Part shown: in pieces, positions 1 to 14,254 of the stretch
Position numbering within the stretch: the first letter of the stretch is position 1
Layout: each line of letters begins with the position of its first letter
Assembly (NCBI RefSeq): GCF_009914755.1
Contig: NC_060931.1
Length of the DNA stretch: 64,000 nt
Direction: 5' to 3' (one strand)
Source: the human T2T-CHM13v2.0 reference genome, Homo sapiens
Made by a program: the position numbers and the translations under genes
Notes under the pieces: model-generated
What the model was told of the DNA's origin: nothing
The model's database searches: none
The model's input: the letters and a program-made list of their open reading frames with translations, nothing else

Positions 1-750
1 TAAAATTTGCGAACTTATAGGAAATGATTAAGAAAAGGCACAGCCCTGCTAGCCTAAAGTCACAGTTGCAGTTGGGGCAAGTGGAAGATCAGCCTGAAGT
101 TTAATGGGGAAAGCCTGGAAATGAGAGCTCCACAAAATAGCTTTTCATATTTGTTTGCCTGACTGACTAGAAAACTCCACTCATGTGCAAGGAGAATTGA
201 AAGAACTTTCTATATAAAGCTAAAGCAGATTGGAAAACTGACTGAAGTTTACATATGAACTCTTCAACAGAAACACAGTGCTGAGGTTTCTAAGCACAAT
301 ATCTTTCTAAATAATCATCAGCTGATCACTAACATATAAAATGAATAAATAATGTAAAATAAATGACCAAAACTAAGGAAAAAAATTCAATAGAAACTGA
401 CTTCTAGTAAACCATATATTGGATTGAGCATACAGACATATCAAAGCAGTTGTTATAAATATGTTCAAAGTGTTCAACGGCACCACATTGGAAAAATTAA
501 AGAAAAATAGGTTTACAATGACTTAACAAATTAAAAATCTCAATAGAGAAATAGACATTTTTTAAAAAATGAATATTTTAGAGTTGGAAAGTACAATTCT
601 AGAGTTGAAAAATACACTTTTAGCATTGAAATAAATATCTGCTTAATGGGTTCAACAGTAAATGGGAGATAGCAGAAAATATAATGAACGTGAAGATAGA
701 TCAGTAGATATTCTTTAGTCTGAAGACAAAAAGTAAGACATTTGAAAAAA
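1..750 (+). mobile_element. Old L1 (L1M-type) 5'/ORF1-region fragment
   Basis: A-rich segment with decayed ORF1-like phrases (aatctcaatagagaaatagac; atgggttcaacagtaaatgggagatagcagaaaa...gaacgtgaagatagatca); runs off the window edge. Confidence 0.6.
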
Positions 751-779
751 ATGTAGTAGGTAGAAACATTTGCTATCTC

Positions 780-990
780 ACCTTTGGATTAGACTCTCTA
801 TAAGGTACATTTTACAAATTCTTCCAAGATTCTCAAGAGGGATTCAGGTTTTTGATAACATTATTTACTGGTTGTCTTCCTATCTCACTTTCTCAATCAC
901 CTACCCTTCTTCATAGGAACATCCCCCACATAAACTAATTGCCCTCAAATACTTCTCTTTATAAGCTTTTAGAGGGTCTCAAACCTGCAT
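780..990 (+). mobile_element. Possible LTR16-like (ERVL) LTR 3' fragment
   Basis: ataaactaattgccctcaaatacttctc...agagggtctcaaacc resembles the LTR16-type terminal region; highly diverged. Confidence 0.3.
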
Positions 991-1039
991 AATAGTATAT
1001 AAAACAATCTATAGTAATACATAAATTATTTGCCTACAT

Positions 1040-1186
1040 ATTTATTGTCTTTTTTTCTACCAGAATATAAACTGTGTAAGGGAAAACATCTTGTTTCTGT
1101 TAATCCATTGCTTTCGCCTCAGCAGTTAGAACAGTCCTTGGCATCATAGTAAATGCTTCACTAAATATTGGCTGAATAAATGAATA
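1040..1186 (+). mobile_element. L2 3' end
   Basis: agaacagtccttggcatcatagtaaatgcttcactaaatattggctgaataaatgaat matches the L2 terminal motif. Confidence 0.7.
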
Positions 1187-1649
1187 CATAGTAAATATCG
1201 ACATACATTTTTATTGTGCTTCCTCCTGTTATTCTATTTCCTCTCTTCTTTCCTTTTTGCTCTTTAAAATGAGGAAAGGTAAAATTTATACAAAGTCGGT
1301 AGATGGCCTATGTTTTAAGTGTGTTTGACTCACTGGCTGTTGTTGCCTTTAGCTTCTAAAGTTTCCTTTCGACCCCCAAAGGTTCTATTCCAAAGTTAGA
1401 TGATTCTTTTGTCTTAAAAAGTAATCCTCAACAAAGGTTTTGCAACCCCAGTCTAAAAAATCACAGCTTGATGGAGATATAAAGGAAAATTCTTCCTCCA
1501 CAGGCAACTCAGTCAGCACTTGTGAAAAATAATGTTTTATCTTATTAAAGAGTGATCATCGCTATGTGATAAAAGCTCTGTAATTAAAATGTGTGGTTCT
1601 TTCTGTAAAAGGCAAAACTACAGGGGGAAAAACAGACAGTGTTTGCTGC

Positions 1650-1790
1650 ATTGAGTGGTTGGTGTTCACTACAAAGAAAAACATGAGGGAAGTTTTGTAT
1701 CTTGATTGTAGCAATGGATAACAAGACTTTATTTGCTTGACAAAATTTGTACAACTGTACATTAAAAGAAGCAAATTTTACTCAGTTTGC
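1650..1790 (+). mobile_element. Old L1 (L1ME-like) 3' UTR fragment, interrupted by Alu
   Basis: gttttgtatcttgattgtag...caaaatttgtacaactgtacattaaaagaagcaaattttact. Confidence 0.5.
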
Positions 1791-1795
1791 ATCTC

Positions 1796-2101
1796 ATCTA
1801 TTTATTTATTTATTTATTTTGAGACAGGGTCTTATGTCGCCCAGACTCAGCTGCAGTGGCACAATCATGGCTTACTGCAGCCTTGACCTCTGGGGCTCAA
1901 GGGATCCTCCCAACTCAGCCTCCCAAGTAGCTAGGACTACAGGCACTCACCACCATTCCCGGGTAATTGTTTTTACTTTTTGTAGAGAGAGGGTCTCACC
2001 ATGTTACTCAGGCTGGTCTCGAATTCCTGGGCTCAAACGATCTTCCTTCCTTGGTCTGTCAAAGTGCTGAGATTACAGGTGTGAGCCACAACACCTAGAC
2101 C
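1796..2101 (-). mobile_element. AluJ-type SINE, full length
   Basis: Both arms, (ttta)n tail, AluJ-like cctgggctcaa...gatcctccc; TSD actcagttt(g/a)cat at 1780-1792 and 2103-2115. Confidence 0.95.
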
Positions 2102-2989
2102 AACTCAGTTTACATTTTAAAAAGATGGTGTATAATATTTTGTAAACCCTCAAGGTTGTCAAGTTTCTTAATAAATTTGAAAAAAGAAACTGTGGAAATT
2201 ATTAACTAAGGTCACTTCAATGAAATTCATCAGTTTTAGAAAATAGCCAGGAGCTGTTCTAGTAAAAGACATTTTGAACATATTTTTATGTATTAAATGC
2301 CATCATCAATATGAACATTTTAAACTGGATTGAATGTATTCTCCCTTAACTTATTCTGATTCTCTGACTCCCACCATATCCATAATGTTATTGATTATAG
2401 GGGTGAAACAGCTAAAAAGGAGTAGATAATTTCTTCACTTCTAACAACTGTATACAGCTTCAATTCTCTATTGAGAATAAAAGGGATTTTCTTCCTAATT
2501 ATATTCCAGGACATTTGGAAACATTTTGAAACCAGCCTTAAGTAACTTAAGTTATATCTTTCTTTTATCTCTTTCTTTCTCTATCTCCAACTGTCTCTTT
2601 CTCTCTTTATCTGCCTATGTTCTCAGATTTATAAAGAACAAAACAATCACAATATTCATGAGGTATCACTTTAAGCAAAACTCACAGAAAGCCGCACAGA
2701 AAAAACAAAAGAAAGAAAAGAAAAGAAACCACTGTTAAACTAAGATCTGTTTCTAAGTATCTTATAGTTTTAAAATGGGATTATAATAGATCCCAAAGGG
2801 ACACACTGGTATTTAGCTGTCAAGGCCAATAGGAATTTCAGTTTAGGTGATGTTGTACCACATGGAATAATTTCTAATAAGAGAAATCACTAAAGCACAG
2901 ATCTTTGGATATGAGGCAATTTTTTTCCCTAACTTTATAGTTCTATGATAATCTTTTTATTTTTGTAATTATAAGGTTTCCGTCAGCTA

Positions 2990-3320
<331 letters not shown>

Positions 3321-3436
3321 TACCTGGGACAACTTTGCGGAAAAAATGTGTGAAACAAAGATTCTATATATTTAGCTTTACTTAGAATGTTTTCTAAGAA
3401 ACTATTGCTAATTATTTTAAAATTATTCATCACTAG

Positions 3437-3915
3437 TGATTCAGTTATCTATTGCTGCATGAAAACGACTTCACAGTTTAGTAGTTTACAACAACAGTCT
3501 TATCATTTCTCCTGATTTCGTGGTTTGGTTGGGCAGATTTCTCCTGCTTTTAATCTGTATATGCTCATGTCGCCGTATTGAGTTGAAAGATGGCTGTGCT
3601 GAAAGATCCTTCACACGTCTGGCAGTTGGTGTTGAACATGCTCTGGGACACCTTCATTTCTCTATATAGCCTCTTATTTTCTAGGGGGACAGACTGACTT
3701 GTTTAAATGGCAATGTCATGTCAGCATTTCAAGAGGGTGCAGACCCCAGCAATAGTTCCTCTTGATGCTGAAGCTTTGGAACTTACACTAGGTTATTTTT
3801 GCCAGTATCTTTTGCCCAGAGCAAGTCTTGAGGGCATGGTAATTCAAGACATAAGCCAGTAGACTCTTCCCTTGATGGAAGTTGCCAAAAAATGCCATGG
3901 CCATGCTTTCCAGTC
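3437..3915 (-). mobile_element. MLT1-family MaLR LTR
   Basis: cagttatctattgctgcatgaaaac...agtttacaacaacag start typical of reverse-strand MLT1; diverged body. Confidence 0.7.
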
Positions 3916-4204
3916 TAGTAACTCCTCAGCAGATTTCCTCAATAATAACCCACAGTCCCAGAGATTCACCTAATTTAATTTTATGAAGGGTAGTCTTTCA
4001 TATCTTCCCTGTCATTCTTATTAGCCATATACTTCATTCAATTTTATTCATGATTTTTTTAGTCAAAATAACTTGACTGGGACTCTCAATATAATCTTTT
4101 TTATTACATCAACAAATATGTTTTAGGCATTACTATTTGAAAATTTATTATTATAATATCCTTGGTGCTGAGACTAGTAATCTACCTAAACAGTATTTTA
4201 TGTC

Positions 4205-4340
4205 AGTCACTTGGCATGGACAACTTATTAATGACCCTGAGAGATAGATACTAGCATCTCTATTTCACAGTTGAAGAAACTGAGTTCTGGAGGTATTAAG
4301 GAACATCTCCAGATTGGCACATATCACCGTGGTGGAGGTC
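4205..4340 (-). mobile_element. MIR fragment
   Basis: ctatttcacagttgaagaaactgag core. Confidence 0.65.
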
Positions 4341-6151
4341 TCTCTATCCTCCAAGTCCTTGCTTTACAAAAGCATCCTCCATGCTTTACAAAATAACACA
4401 ACAATATACCTCCACTTCATAAATAAGATTATTGTTTTCATAAATAGACTTATCATTTGTTTCCAATTTTATAGTCAAGATCACTCTAAACACAAACTTC
4501 TCTCATTGTTGATGCCCTCCTGTATTTTCATTATGCATGGTACTTGTGACTACACAGAAAAACAAGCATTCTTTACATAAATCAATGCTAGTTCCAGAAA
4601 GGCTAATTCCATGTGAGCATGGATGTATCCAGTGGGGTGGCAAAGCGGAGCATTTCTTGTGAGAGATCCCTAAAAACCTAGGCAAAGTAATGACAGAGGC
4701 AGAGTCAAAAGAAGCCACAGAGTCAGTAGAAGAGTGGAGTGAAAGTGAGAATCAGGGAAAAAGCCAAATCAAAAGCCAAAAGCCTGGGAAGACTTAAACA
4801 AAGGAAAAGAAACGCCATATTTTGAAGGAGAACTAAGAAACTAAGATTGTTTGTGAACCCCTTTAAAAGGCAAGAATTTAAGCAGGAGATTGAATTACAG
4901 CATGAAGCTAAGTGGACTACCGACTTCTGTGGAAATTGAAATCTCTTTGAAGAGGAAGCAGTCTCTTTTATAGCCAGTCTTAAATAGGATGCTCTTTCAC
5001 AGAAAAAGACAGGGACATTATGTGTTTTGCAACTAAAGGCTCAATTCCCTACTATCCTTTATTAATATGTCTTGCAAGAATCATCCGTTATTTTGAGAAC
5101 AGGTACTGGCAGGGAAAAATGAAAGAATTCTAAAAGTACTGAACACACATGTGATTGACAGAGCCCAAAAGACTCTTAAGACAAGCTTGGATAGTCTTGA
5201 GCTCTACGGTAGTTTTCAGAAAAGGACAGTGATGGCTCCTTATTTCAGGTCTTTCAAAGCAGATTTTCATAATAAATACTGGTGTTTATGGACCATGAGT
5301 CTGACCCAGTAATGCCACTCCTTTACTCTGTAGAGGATCTGCTGGCCAGCTAGTTTATGAGCTCTCAGTAGAAAATAAATGGCCCAGAAAAGATAATCCT
5401 TCCACTAAAAATCAAATAAAAGGCATATGCTGAAAATAGATGGCTACATAAGTTCTGGAATGAGGAACATATACAGTAAATTGTTGGTTATGGTTAATAT
5501 GATTTGGTCACAGAAATCTTGTGCAAGTGGTCAAAGATATGTGTCATACTTCACTAACAAGGCAGGTGGGATTAATTTGAGATTTTATCTTCCCATGATT
5601 TATATATGGAGAAGTGAAAGGAAGTTTGGGAGTCAGGTTTATTCATACTACTGTTCAGAGAGGGATTGCTTTTGTTTTTATTTTCTTTAGATAATGTATT
5701 TACATTTTGTTAAAATATTCTTCGACATATATGTATGAAATATGTTACAAATTTGGTTGTCATTATCATACGTAAAATTTCCAAACTTGGCTGAAAAGGC
5801 AATAGTTGTAGTATAAATATTTCAGTGCCCATTTCTTTTGAAAGAAAAGAAAATACGACATAATTTTCTCATCTTTAGTCAGAGGTTTGTGATTTCAGAA
5901 GCAGAATATTGAGGCATTCATAACCTGTGATTATGACCTCAAATTTATTGCACAGAATACAAGATGGATAATTCACATTCCTTGAACCCTGACTTCTAAA
6001 CTAGAACTGGACACCCTCATTATAAGGCCAAACTGGCATCATTAGGCACACACTTTCAGCAAGTTGCATGCCAGCTCCAAAGCAGGTCACTGCTAGCATC
6101 TCTCTGATTCTCTCAGCATCATTCTCCTTGTCCCTTGAGAAGGTCTCATGA

Positions 6152-6238
6152 ACACACATCCACTACGCTTCCTGTGCAGCCTGCAGAGCCGTGAGCCAAA
6201 TAAACCATTTTTCTTTATTTAAAAAAAAAAAAAAAAAA
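6152..6238 (+). mobile_element. Short polyadenylated retroposed MST-LTR fragment with TSD
   Basis: gcttcctgtgcagcctgcagagccgtgagccaaataaacc (MST LTR), AATAAA 6199-6204, pure A-tract 6221-6238, TSD aaggtctcatga at 6140-6151 and 6237-6248. Confidence 0.85.
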
Positions 6239-7237
6239 GGTCTCATGACTAGGTCATCTCTCTATAGTCAGGGTTCAATTCCAGTTCAATAATTTTGTGT
6301 ATGTTAATTTTTTTTTTATCATTTCTTTAAATGAAAATCCAAACCCTAGCCCTAACGTGACTTAAGGATCAAATCTTCAGAAATGTGGAATAACGAATTT
6401 CTGATAATTTTCTGAAGATTCCATCATTAGCAATGTTTCTGTGGGACAAAAGATTGTGTTCAGGATGAAGTAGCTATTTGGCAAAATCAAGTATGTGTTG
6501 ATTACTTTCTGTGTCTCGAGAAGTCAGCTTTAAGGCACAGATTGTAATTAACTTGAGTTTCATGGGGCAAAGATGAATCCATTTCCCTTAGCTCTGGGTA
6601 GTTTCAGAATGAGACTTCAAGTTACAAGACAGCCTCAGGTGTTCTAAGTTCATTGTTGGCACCCATGATGTGTGCCAAAATACAAAATGACACTCTCCTA
6701 CCACCCTGCCCTGTTCCTCTTTTCAGAGCAGGGCATGTTTCTTTTGGTTTAGAGTAAAAATGATTTTAATTAATGAGAGTACTAATGCACTAGGTATATA
6801 AAAGAAATAGATAAAGCTGCCAGGTGTAAAATATTAGGGAGTGGTAGGTTCTGTTTAAACTGGAGTGTATGCATTAAATAAAACACTCAAGTCTTGTTTT
6901 TTTTTAAGTATTATTCTAATTATTTTTAGTTCTTTTTCATTTTTGTTTTGTTGTTTATTAAGAAAGCCAAAAATTTAACCTATAACAGAATATTGCACAT
7001 CGGTCAAGAATGAAAAACTCATCTCTAATTGATAGTAATAATTATTCTTTCAAGAAAAAAAACCTGTAAAGTTTGTGACATCTAAACTGAATATGCATTT
7101 TAAAAGAAGAGCTGTTATGGAAGGAATAAAGGGTGACAGGTGTGATGTCCAGCCACGAAGGTGGCAAAACTGAGAAACAGGCGAAGGAGATGGATGAGGA
7201 AGATATGGCTTTTAAATTAAAACAAAACAGGAGCAGA

Positions 7238-8097
7238 AGAAATGGACATGAATAGATACTTCTAGAAATAAAATATACAAGCAGTCAACAAACATGAAAA
7301 AATGTTTCACTTCACTAATCATCAGAGAAATGGAAGTCAAAACACAATGAGATATCAACTCACACCAGTCAGGATGAACTATTATTAAAAAGTCAAAAAA
7401 TAACAGATGCCGGTTAAATAACAGAGGCTGTGGAGAAAAGATAATGTTTATACACTGTTGATGGAAATGTAAATTTGTTCAGTCACTGTAGAAAGCAGTA
7501 TGGAGATTTCTCAAAGAACTTAATAGAGAACTACCATTGACCCAGAAATCCCATTACTGGGTATATACTCAAAGGAAAATAAATTGTTCTACCAAAAGGA
7601 CACAGGTATTTGAGTGTTCATCATGGTACTATTCACAAGAGCAAAAACATGGAATCAGCGAAGTGCCCATCAGTTTTGAATTGGATAAAGAAAATGTGGT
7701 ACTAATGATACACCATGGAATACCATGCAGCCATAAAAAGAACAAAATTATGTATTTTGCAGCAACATGGATGCATCTGAAGGCCGTTATCCTAAGTGAA
7801 TTAACTCAAGAAAAGTAAACCAAATGTTACATGTTCTCATATGTAAGTGGGAACTAAATGTTGAATGCCCATAGCTATAAAAATGGAAACAATAGACACT
7901 GAGGAATATCAGATGGGGGAGGGAGGAAGGGGGTGAAAAAACCACCTGTTTGGTACTATGCTCCCTACCTAAATTATGGGATCATTTGTACCCCAAACTC
8001 CAGCATCATGCAATATACACACGTAACAAATATGCACATGTACCCTTTAATCTAATACAAGAAAAGTTGAAATTATTTGTAAATAAATAAATAAATT
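7238..8097 (+). mobile_element. 5'-truncated L1 (L1PA15-17/L1PB-like), ORF2 end plus 3' UTR
   Basis: cactaatcatcagagaaatg...ctcacaccagtcaggatg; 3' UTR ggtactatgctc...gtaacaaatatgcacatgtaccc...aaagttgaaatt; A-rich tail. Confidence 0.92.
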
Positions 8098-10420
8098 TGA
8101 GGAGCTAAATCAAAAGCCATGGTGAAAGGCCCCTGGCCATGCATGGAATTAAATAATCTGGCAAAAATAAGCTTTCCCTTGTGCCTGAGGCAAGAGCAAA
8201 CCATTTTTCCGTTTCTTCTTAAACATCTAGATTCACTGCTAGAACACTTTTGCCACTTATAGCTAGAATGTCTTGGAGGTTGTTGTGCATTATAAAATAC
8301 ATTTTTGTATAAATAAATAAATAAACTTGAATGGAAGGAAGGAAGGGTCAGAAATACAATCTATCCAGATGAATAATCCACTTATGAAAGTACCAACTGG
8401 TATTGTTCTTTGGGATACTATAATATTCATGATTCCAAACTAAATTTTTAGGAATAAATCTTGAAACAATTCTACATCTTTAAATATATTATTTGATTTG
8501 ATCTTTGTGTTTTTCCGTGACAGGTAGGTTTAAGACAATAATGATTCTTTATTATCATGTCCCTATTTTAAAAAATCATTTATTTTCCATTTCATGTTTA
8601 TGGTTAGGAGGAATTTTTTAATGTTATACTTCAATTTATATTCTACTTTTTCATTGTCATACACATACTTTTCACATTGTTTATTCTCAATGGAATAAGA
8701 AGACTCATTTTACTCATTCATTTTAGAAGACATTGTACCTCTATTTCCTAAACTACAGAAAGGAAACAAAAAATGGCAATTACTTAATAGAAATTAATTT
8801 TTTTAAAAAAGATAAACCTGAATAACCTGCTTGGAAGACTGCCTGAAACATTGAGTCCAAAATTGTTAGTCAATATTATTGTCATTATCTCTGAGCCTAT
8901 TTGTAAAAAGATACTATCTAGAAAATGTAGGAGGTGCCATGTTTCCCCATTTGGAAACACTGACAGCCTGGCTGTGAATTCTATAAGGACTTGGCGGACT
9001 TTTGCCTGTCCTGCTGTCTGACATTCTTCAGCACTCTGCTGGGAGAAGCCATTCCTTATACTTCCATCATGGTGTGTGATGCCTCTCTGTTCTCTAGTAC
9101 ATCCAGTTGGATCTAAAAGTAAGCACCATCCTGAATGGAATCTAAGCTGAGATAATATATTTACACAGTCAACCTTACAAAGGTTATAAAGAAACACAAA
9201 CCACCCTCTTCTTCTAAAACAAGACAATAAAAGCACCTGGTCAATTTAGAATTAGGTGAACATTTTAAAATCTAAAGATACATTTAATATAACCTCTTGA
9301 AGCCAGTGTGTGTTGGGTTGGCAGTGGGGTTGGGTAGATAGGATTCAGTGAAATGTGAGCCTGAGCACCTTTTACTCCTACCAATGAGTTCAGACTGTCC
9401 TGGAAGAAACAGCCCATCTCACCATGCCTCTGGTCTGTTTCCTATGCTTAAAGCATGACACACTGGCCAGCCAGTGATTTTTCTCACAACATTCTGTTCC
9501 TAGGAACAATTCAATCCCTGGGGATAAATTCACTCATATGCTTGCTTTCTTTTTTTCCTTTTTGTTAAATCTGTTAAGATTTTTTTTTTTTAAATTACCC
9601 ACAGCAGAGTTGTATTTCACAGCTGGCATATCAATTTTAGTGTGAAGTTTTAAGGATATCTGCACTATAAATGGTTATTGTGTTCTATTATGAAGTAGTG
9701 CCACTGCGCACAGACATCTCTCTCTTACTGCCTCTCTCATTCTTCCTCGCTGGATTCTTCTCTCTCTCTTTCTAACTCATTCTCAATTCTGTTAGCTCAG
9801 TCAATGGGAGAAGGGTTTCATGTCAGACATACATGTGTACAATATCATGGGTGGGACAGAGCTAAAAAAACTGTAGGCCCCAGATGCTTCTGGGTGGGCT
9901 GGGAAGAGAAACACATTCAACACTGAGGAAATTTTATTAGTACAGACACAAGAGGATTTTTTTCATTTATGTTAATTAATTTCTTATTTCATCATTTCTC
10001 TGGCTACATCTACAATCATGTTCCACTTAGTTGAAGATGAAAGCCAATTTACTCACCCTCCAAATTGAGAACTACAGTCTTTCAAGCTGATGATATTACA
10101 ATGTAATTAAATAACATAATTCATACCATGAGTATTATTTTTTCTGTTGTCCTCAGGTTATATGTAATTCTTCAAGACAGCAGTCCCTACTTCCACCTAG
10201 TTAATTACATGTTGTGGTTGATATCCTAAAGGCTGGTCAGAAAATTAATTGATTATGTGGGTACTACCAATTTGTAGTCAAAGGATGAGTTGCTGTTTTG
10301 TTTAAACTAATGGATACTATCTTCTTCTGGAAGCATAGAATATACCAAAGAGTGTTTGTAAAACATGAGCAAGTAATTGTGTTTATTTATTATGAACAAA
10401 GGTGATGCATCATGTATAAT

Positions 10421-10466
10421 ATACATACACAGACACACACACATGTACACACACACATATACACAC
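10421..10466. repeat. Imperfect (CA)n microsatellite
   Basis: atacatacacacagacacacacacatgtacacacacacatatacacac. Confidence 0.85.
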
Positions 10467-11045
10467 TGAGACAAACAGAATTTTGGATGATGTTTTAGTA
10501 TTTCTTTCTACTGTTTCAATAAGAAATGAAAGTGTTGATCAAGCTAATGGATAAAAAAGGTGTTTTTAATATGCCTAGATATTGTAAGAGATTAAAACCA
10601 AAGAGAAGGAGAGACAGAAAAACTATAAGAAGAAAATATTACCAAAGCACATTTCATGGAATAGTCACCATGTTAGACATCTTACATTTTATGTTTACAT
10701 TTCAATATTTGTAATCTTATTTTCAAGATATTCTCCTCCTATTATAGAAAAATTAAATAAGACACAGAAAAAGTAAAAGCAATCCAGAAACCTCAATGTC
10801 GGATATACAATATACTGGCATTGGCTGGCAGATCAAACAAGACAACAGACACTGGGACTAACTGATGGTCATGTAGTAACTAAATAATGGGTATATCAGC
10901 TAGATCACAGGCCTTCTGGCCCTTAGCCCAATTTTCTGTCCACACTAATATATGATATTCTAATATATACTACTTTTTACCATTTTTGCCCATAAGAGAT
11001 TTACAATAAATTTGGGCATTCAGATATAAATATTTGAAATACTAT

Positions 11046-11242
11046 TATATTTCCTCAAGATCATTGTAGGTTCTCAGAAACTGTGACTTTAAACAAAATG
11101 ACATATAATAAAACCATTTTTTTCTCAACAAAATTGTAACTATGTTGACCGAAATGTTATTCAAAGACGTGCTGTACATTGTTTTGCTTAAAGTCATAGT
11201 TTCCAAGAACCTATTGATGATGTTAAGTTAGGATGTATTGTA
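11046..11242 (-). mobile_element. MER6B-like TcMar-Tigger MITE
   Basis: Long terminal inverted repeats taggttctcagaaactgtgactttaa / ttaaagtcatagtttccaagaaccta; ~200 bp. Confidence 0.8.
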
Positions 11243-11559
11243 ATTTGAATAATATATACAGTATAATAACATGCTCTATGTATAGCAAAAATAAAACATT
11301 CGATTAGTAAAAGTTTCATTACAGATAGAAAGGCATTTGGAATAGTTTAACCAGTGGGAACAATAGTTTATAATATAAAAGCAGTTTATCAAATGGCTAG
11401 TCATGATTAAGCATATGCAGTAGCGTATACACATATATGTTAGGTAGTTAATGATAGAGCCCACACTTAAACATCCGTACTAAGATCCTGCATAAATGCT
11501 ATGCGGTGATATGCTCTGTCTGTATTTTATTGACGCACAGTGAGTAAGTGTATGAAGTG

Positions 11560-11690
11560 TGCTATAATGCAGCAATGGCACAGAAGCTGCAGAACTGCAT
11601 TGAAGGATTGTATAAGATTAAATGAGATATTGAGAGAACACATGTGAAAACATTCTGTAAACTATGATATGTGACACAAATTTTAGGTAC
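11560..11690 (+). mobile_element. MIR 3' fragment
   Basis: ggattgtataagattaaatgagata...catgtgaaaacattctgtaaact. Confidence 0.55.
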
Positions 11691-11789
11691 TATATTGTCC
11701 ATAGACTATATACCTTAAGTGAGTTATAATATAATTCTATTATCTTATTTTGTGTTTAATGCGTGTTCACTAATTGATTGCTATTATGA

Positions 11790-11870
11790 ATACTTTTTCA
11801 TGGGTGAGGAAATAGGTACAAAGAGATAAAAGAAGTGTTCAGAAATCAGAGAATCAGTAAGTGGAGAAGC
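11790..11870 (-). mobile_element. MIR core fragment
   Basis: gtgaggaaataggtacaaagaga...agtaagtggagaag. Confidence 0.45.
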
Positions 11871-12598
11871 AACAAAACAAATATATATGTATGTATGTAT
11901 GCACATGCACACATATATTCAGATTCCAAGCTTGGCTCAAAATTTAATTGAGGTAACACACTTTAAAACTTAGGTATATTCTCCTATTAACCTTTCTAAG
12001 AATCAGAAATTTCGGGGGTTTTGGAATAGGTAGTTCAACTAGGTAATTTCTAGAGTAGCTTGCAGTCACCAAATTAGGTGGTTCAAAGTTTCCATTTAGT
12101 CATAAATAAAATATAATATGTAAGCTTGTGTTATTTGCCATGTATACTTTAAACATAGATATTAGACATGGAATGTCCATCATTAATATCATAAAAACGT
12201 AACTTTATTCTGTAAACTAAAGATATTCAGATTCAGTTTTCATGAACATTATTGAACATTTACTATGTACTATCTATTGGAAATTTTTTTTGGTCTTTAA
12301 CTTAAAAACCAAAACTTAAGTATGAAGAAAATTGCTAACCACAGAGTATGGATTCCTTCTCTCAATCGTTCTAAAAGACAGAAGAATTAGTGATGGCAAA
12401 ATCTATAGTTATCTATTCCAGTGTTGTCTCTCAGTTTATGTAAGTAAAAGACTGAAGGGAAGTGGGAAGAGATTCATGGGTGCCTTTGGCTTTTGGGTGA
12501 GTTGCAATCCTTGTTGTGAGAGATCAGTCCCTTTTTATTTCCTCCTGTAAAAGAAAAGTAAAATGTTCTTTTCCACCCTTTTCCTCTTGGTCCAGTGA

Positions 12599-12873
<275 letters not shown>

Positions 12874-13196
12874 CGGAAAAAGTTTTAAAAAACAATTGTA
12901 GAAATTGTAAGTTTCTATAAGAAAGGGAGTCTGAGATTCCATGTGAGATTCTAGATGAGCTGGTTAGCTGAAAATCTGAGAGATAACATGAGAGAAAGAG
13001 GTTCAATTGCTTAGCTTGCGCTGCACTATTTGCAGTGATTAGGAATGCAAATTTCTTATGGGTCAAGTGGACAAAGGGAAGAGTTAATGGATTTGAGCTC
13101 TCTTTAGGTTTCTCCCAATCTGGAGGACTAAGTGAGAAAACCTTAGCAGTCAAAAGTTGCGATGTGTACTTCCAGAGTGAGCAAAGAGTAGATATG

Positions 13197-13616
13197 TGTA
13201 TTAGGCCATTCTTGAATTGCTATTAAGAAATATCTCAGACAGTAATTTTTAAACAAAAGAGGTTTAATTGGCTCATGGTTCTGCAGGCTTTACAGGAAGC
13301 CTGGTGCTGACATCTGTTCTGCTTCTGAGGAGGCCTCAGTAAGCTTACAATTATCATGGAAGACAAAGGGAAAACAGGAACTTCACTTGGAAAAAGCAGG
13401 AGCAAGGTGAGAGAGAGAGCAAGATGCCACGCATTTTTAAACTATCAGGTCCTGTAAGTCACTCCCTATTGTCTGGGCAGCAGCAAGGGGATGATCTAAA
13501 CCATTCATGAGAAATCTGCCCCATGATTCAATCATCCTCCACCAGGCTCACCTCCAACATGGGGAATTGCAATTTAATATGAGATTTGGGTAGGGACAAG
13601 TATCCAAGCTATATGA
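13197..13616 (-). mobile_element. MSTA/MSTB MaLR solo LTR
   Basis: tgtattaggccattcttg...aaaagaggtttaattggctcatggttctgcaggc...gagatttgggtagggaca. Confidence 0.9.
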
Positions 13617-14254
13617 AGAAGGATTCTCTGATTTGAAAATAATAACAATAATAACAATAACAATACAGTGAGAAATCCCTGCTGAGGCTTCAAAAAATGT
13701 ACACATACCCAGGGATACTGGTAGCCCATAGGTGGACTTTGTAAAAATTAGAAAAAGGTACCTCTTTCAAACAGATACCATGAAGTGTAAGGGTATATAT
13801 CTAATTGAGCAGAATACCATCTGGATATTAGTTTCCTTTCATTTCCATCTGGATGTAATTTATGTGGGTCACAGCCTGCAAAGCTTTACATAACCTACTG
13901 GTATTATGAACTCCTAAAAATATTGGCATCAATGGTCAGAAATTGTCGTCTGCAACACAGAGACACCCAAGAGAGAAAGGTCAATATTTAAGATCATTTA
14001 AATAGTTACATGCCCCTATTCTTCTTACTGTCCCTTGACTATCATGATGGAGAACGTATTCCTGGGAGGGATGTACTGGAATACAGAAAGTATTCCCATC
14101 ATAAAGGCAGCCCATGCCCACGATATCCTATCCTTGTATTCCAAACAATTGGGATCCTAGTGTATGTGGACTGAATGAGAGGAGGAAGAGGAGAGATTAG
14201 ATGTATTTGGAAGTCAATCAAAATTATGAAATCTATCTGAAATGTTGAAAGGAA

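Noticed and set aside
6342-6357. Telomere-like aaccctagccctaac
   Set aside because: Only about two imperfect units; chance level
8784-9236. 150-aa minus-strand ORF in unique sequence
   Set aside because: Non-ATG start, no recognisable domain, composition typical of chance ORFs, no convincing splice context
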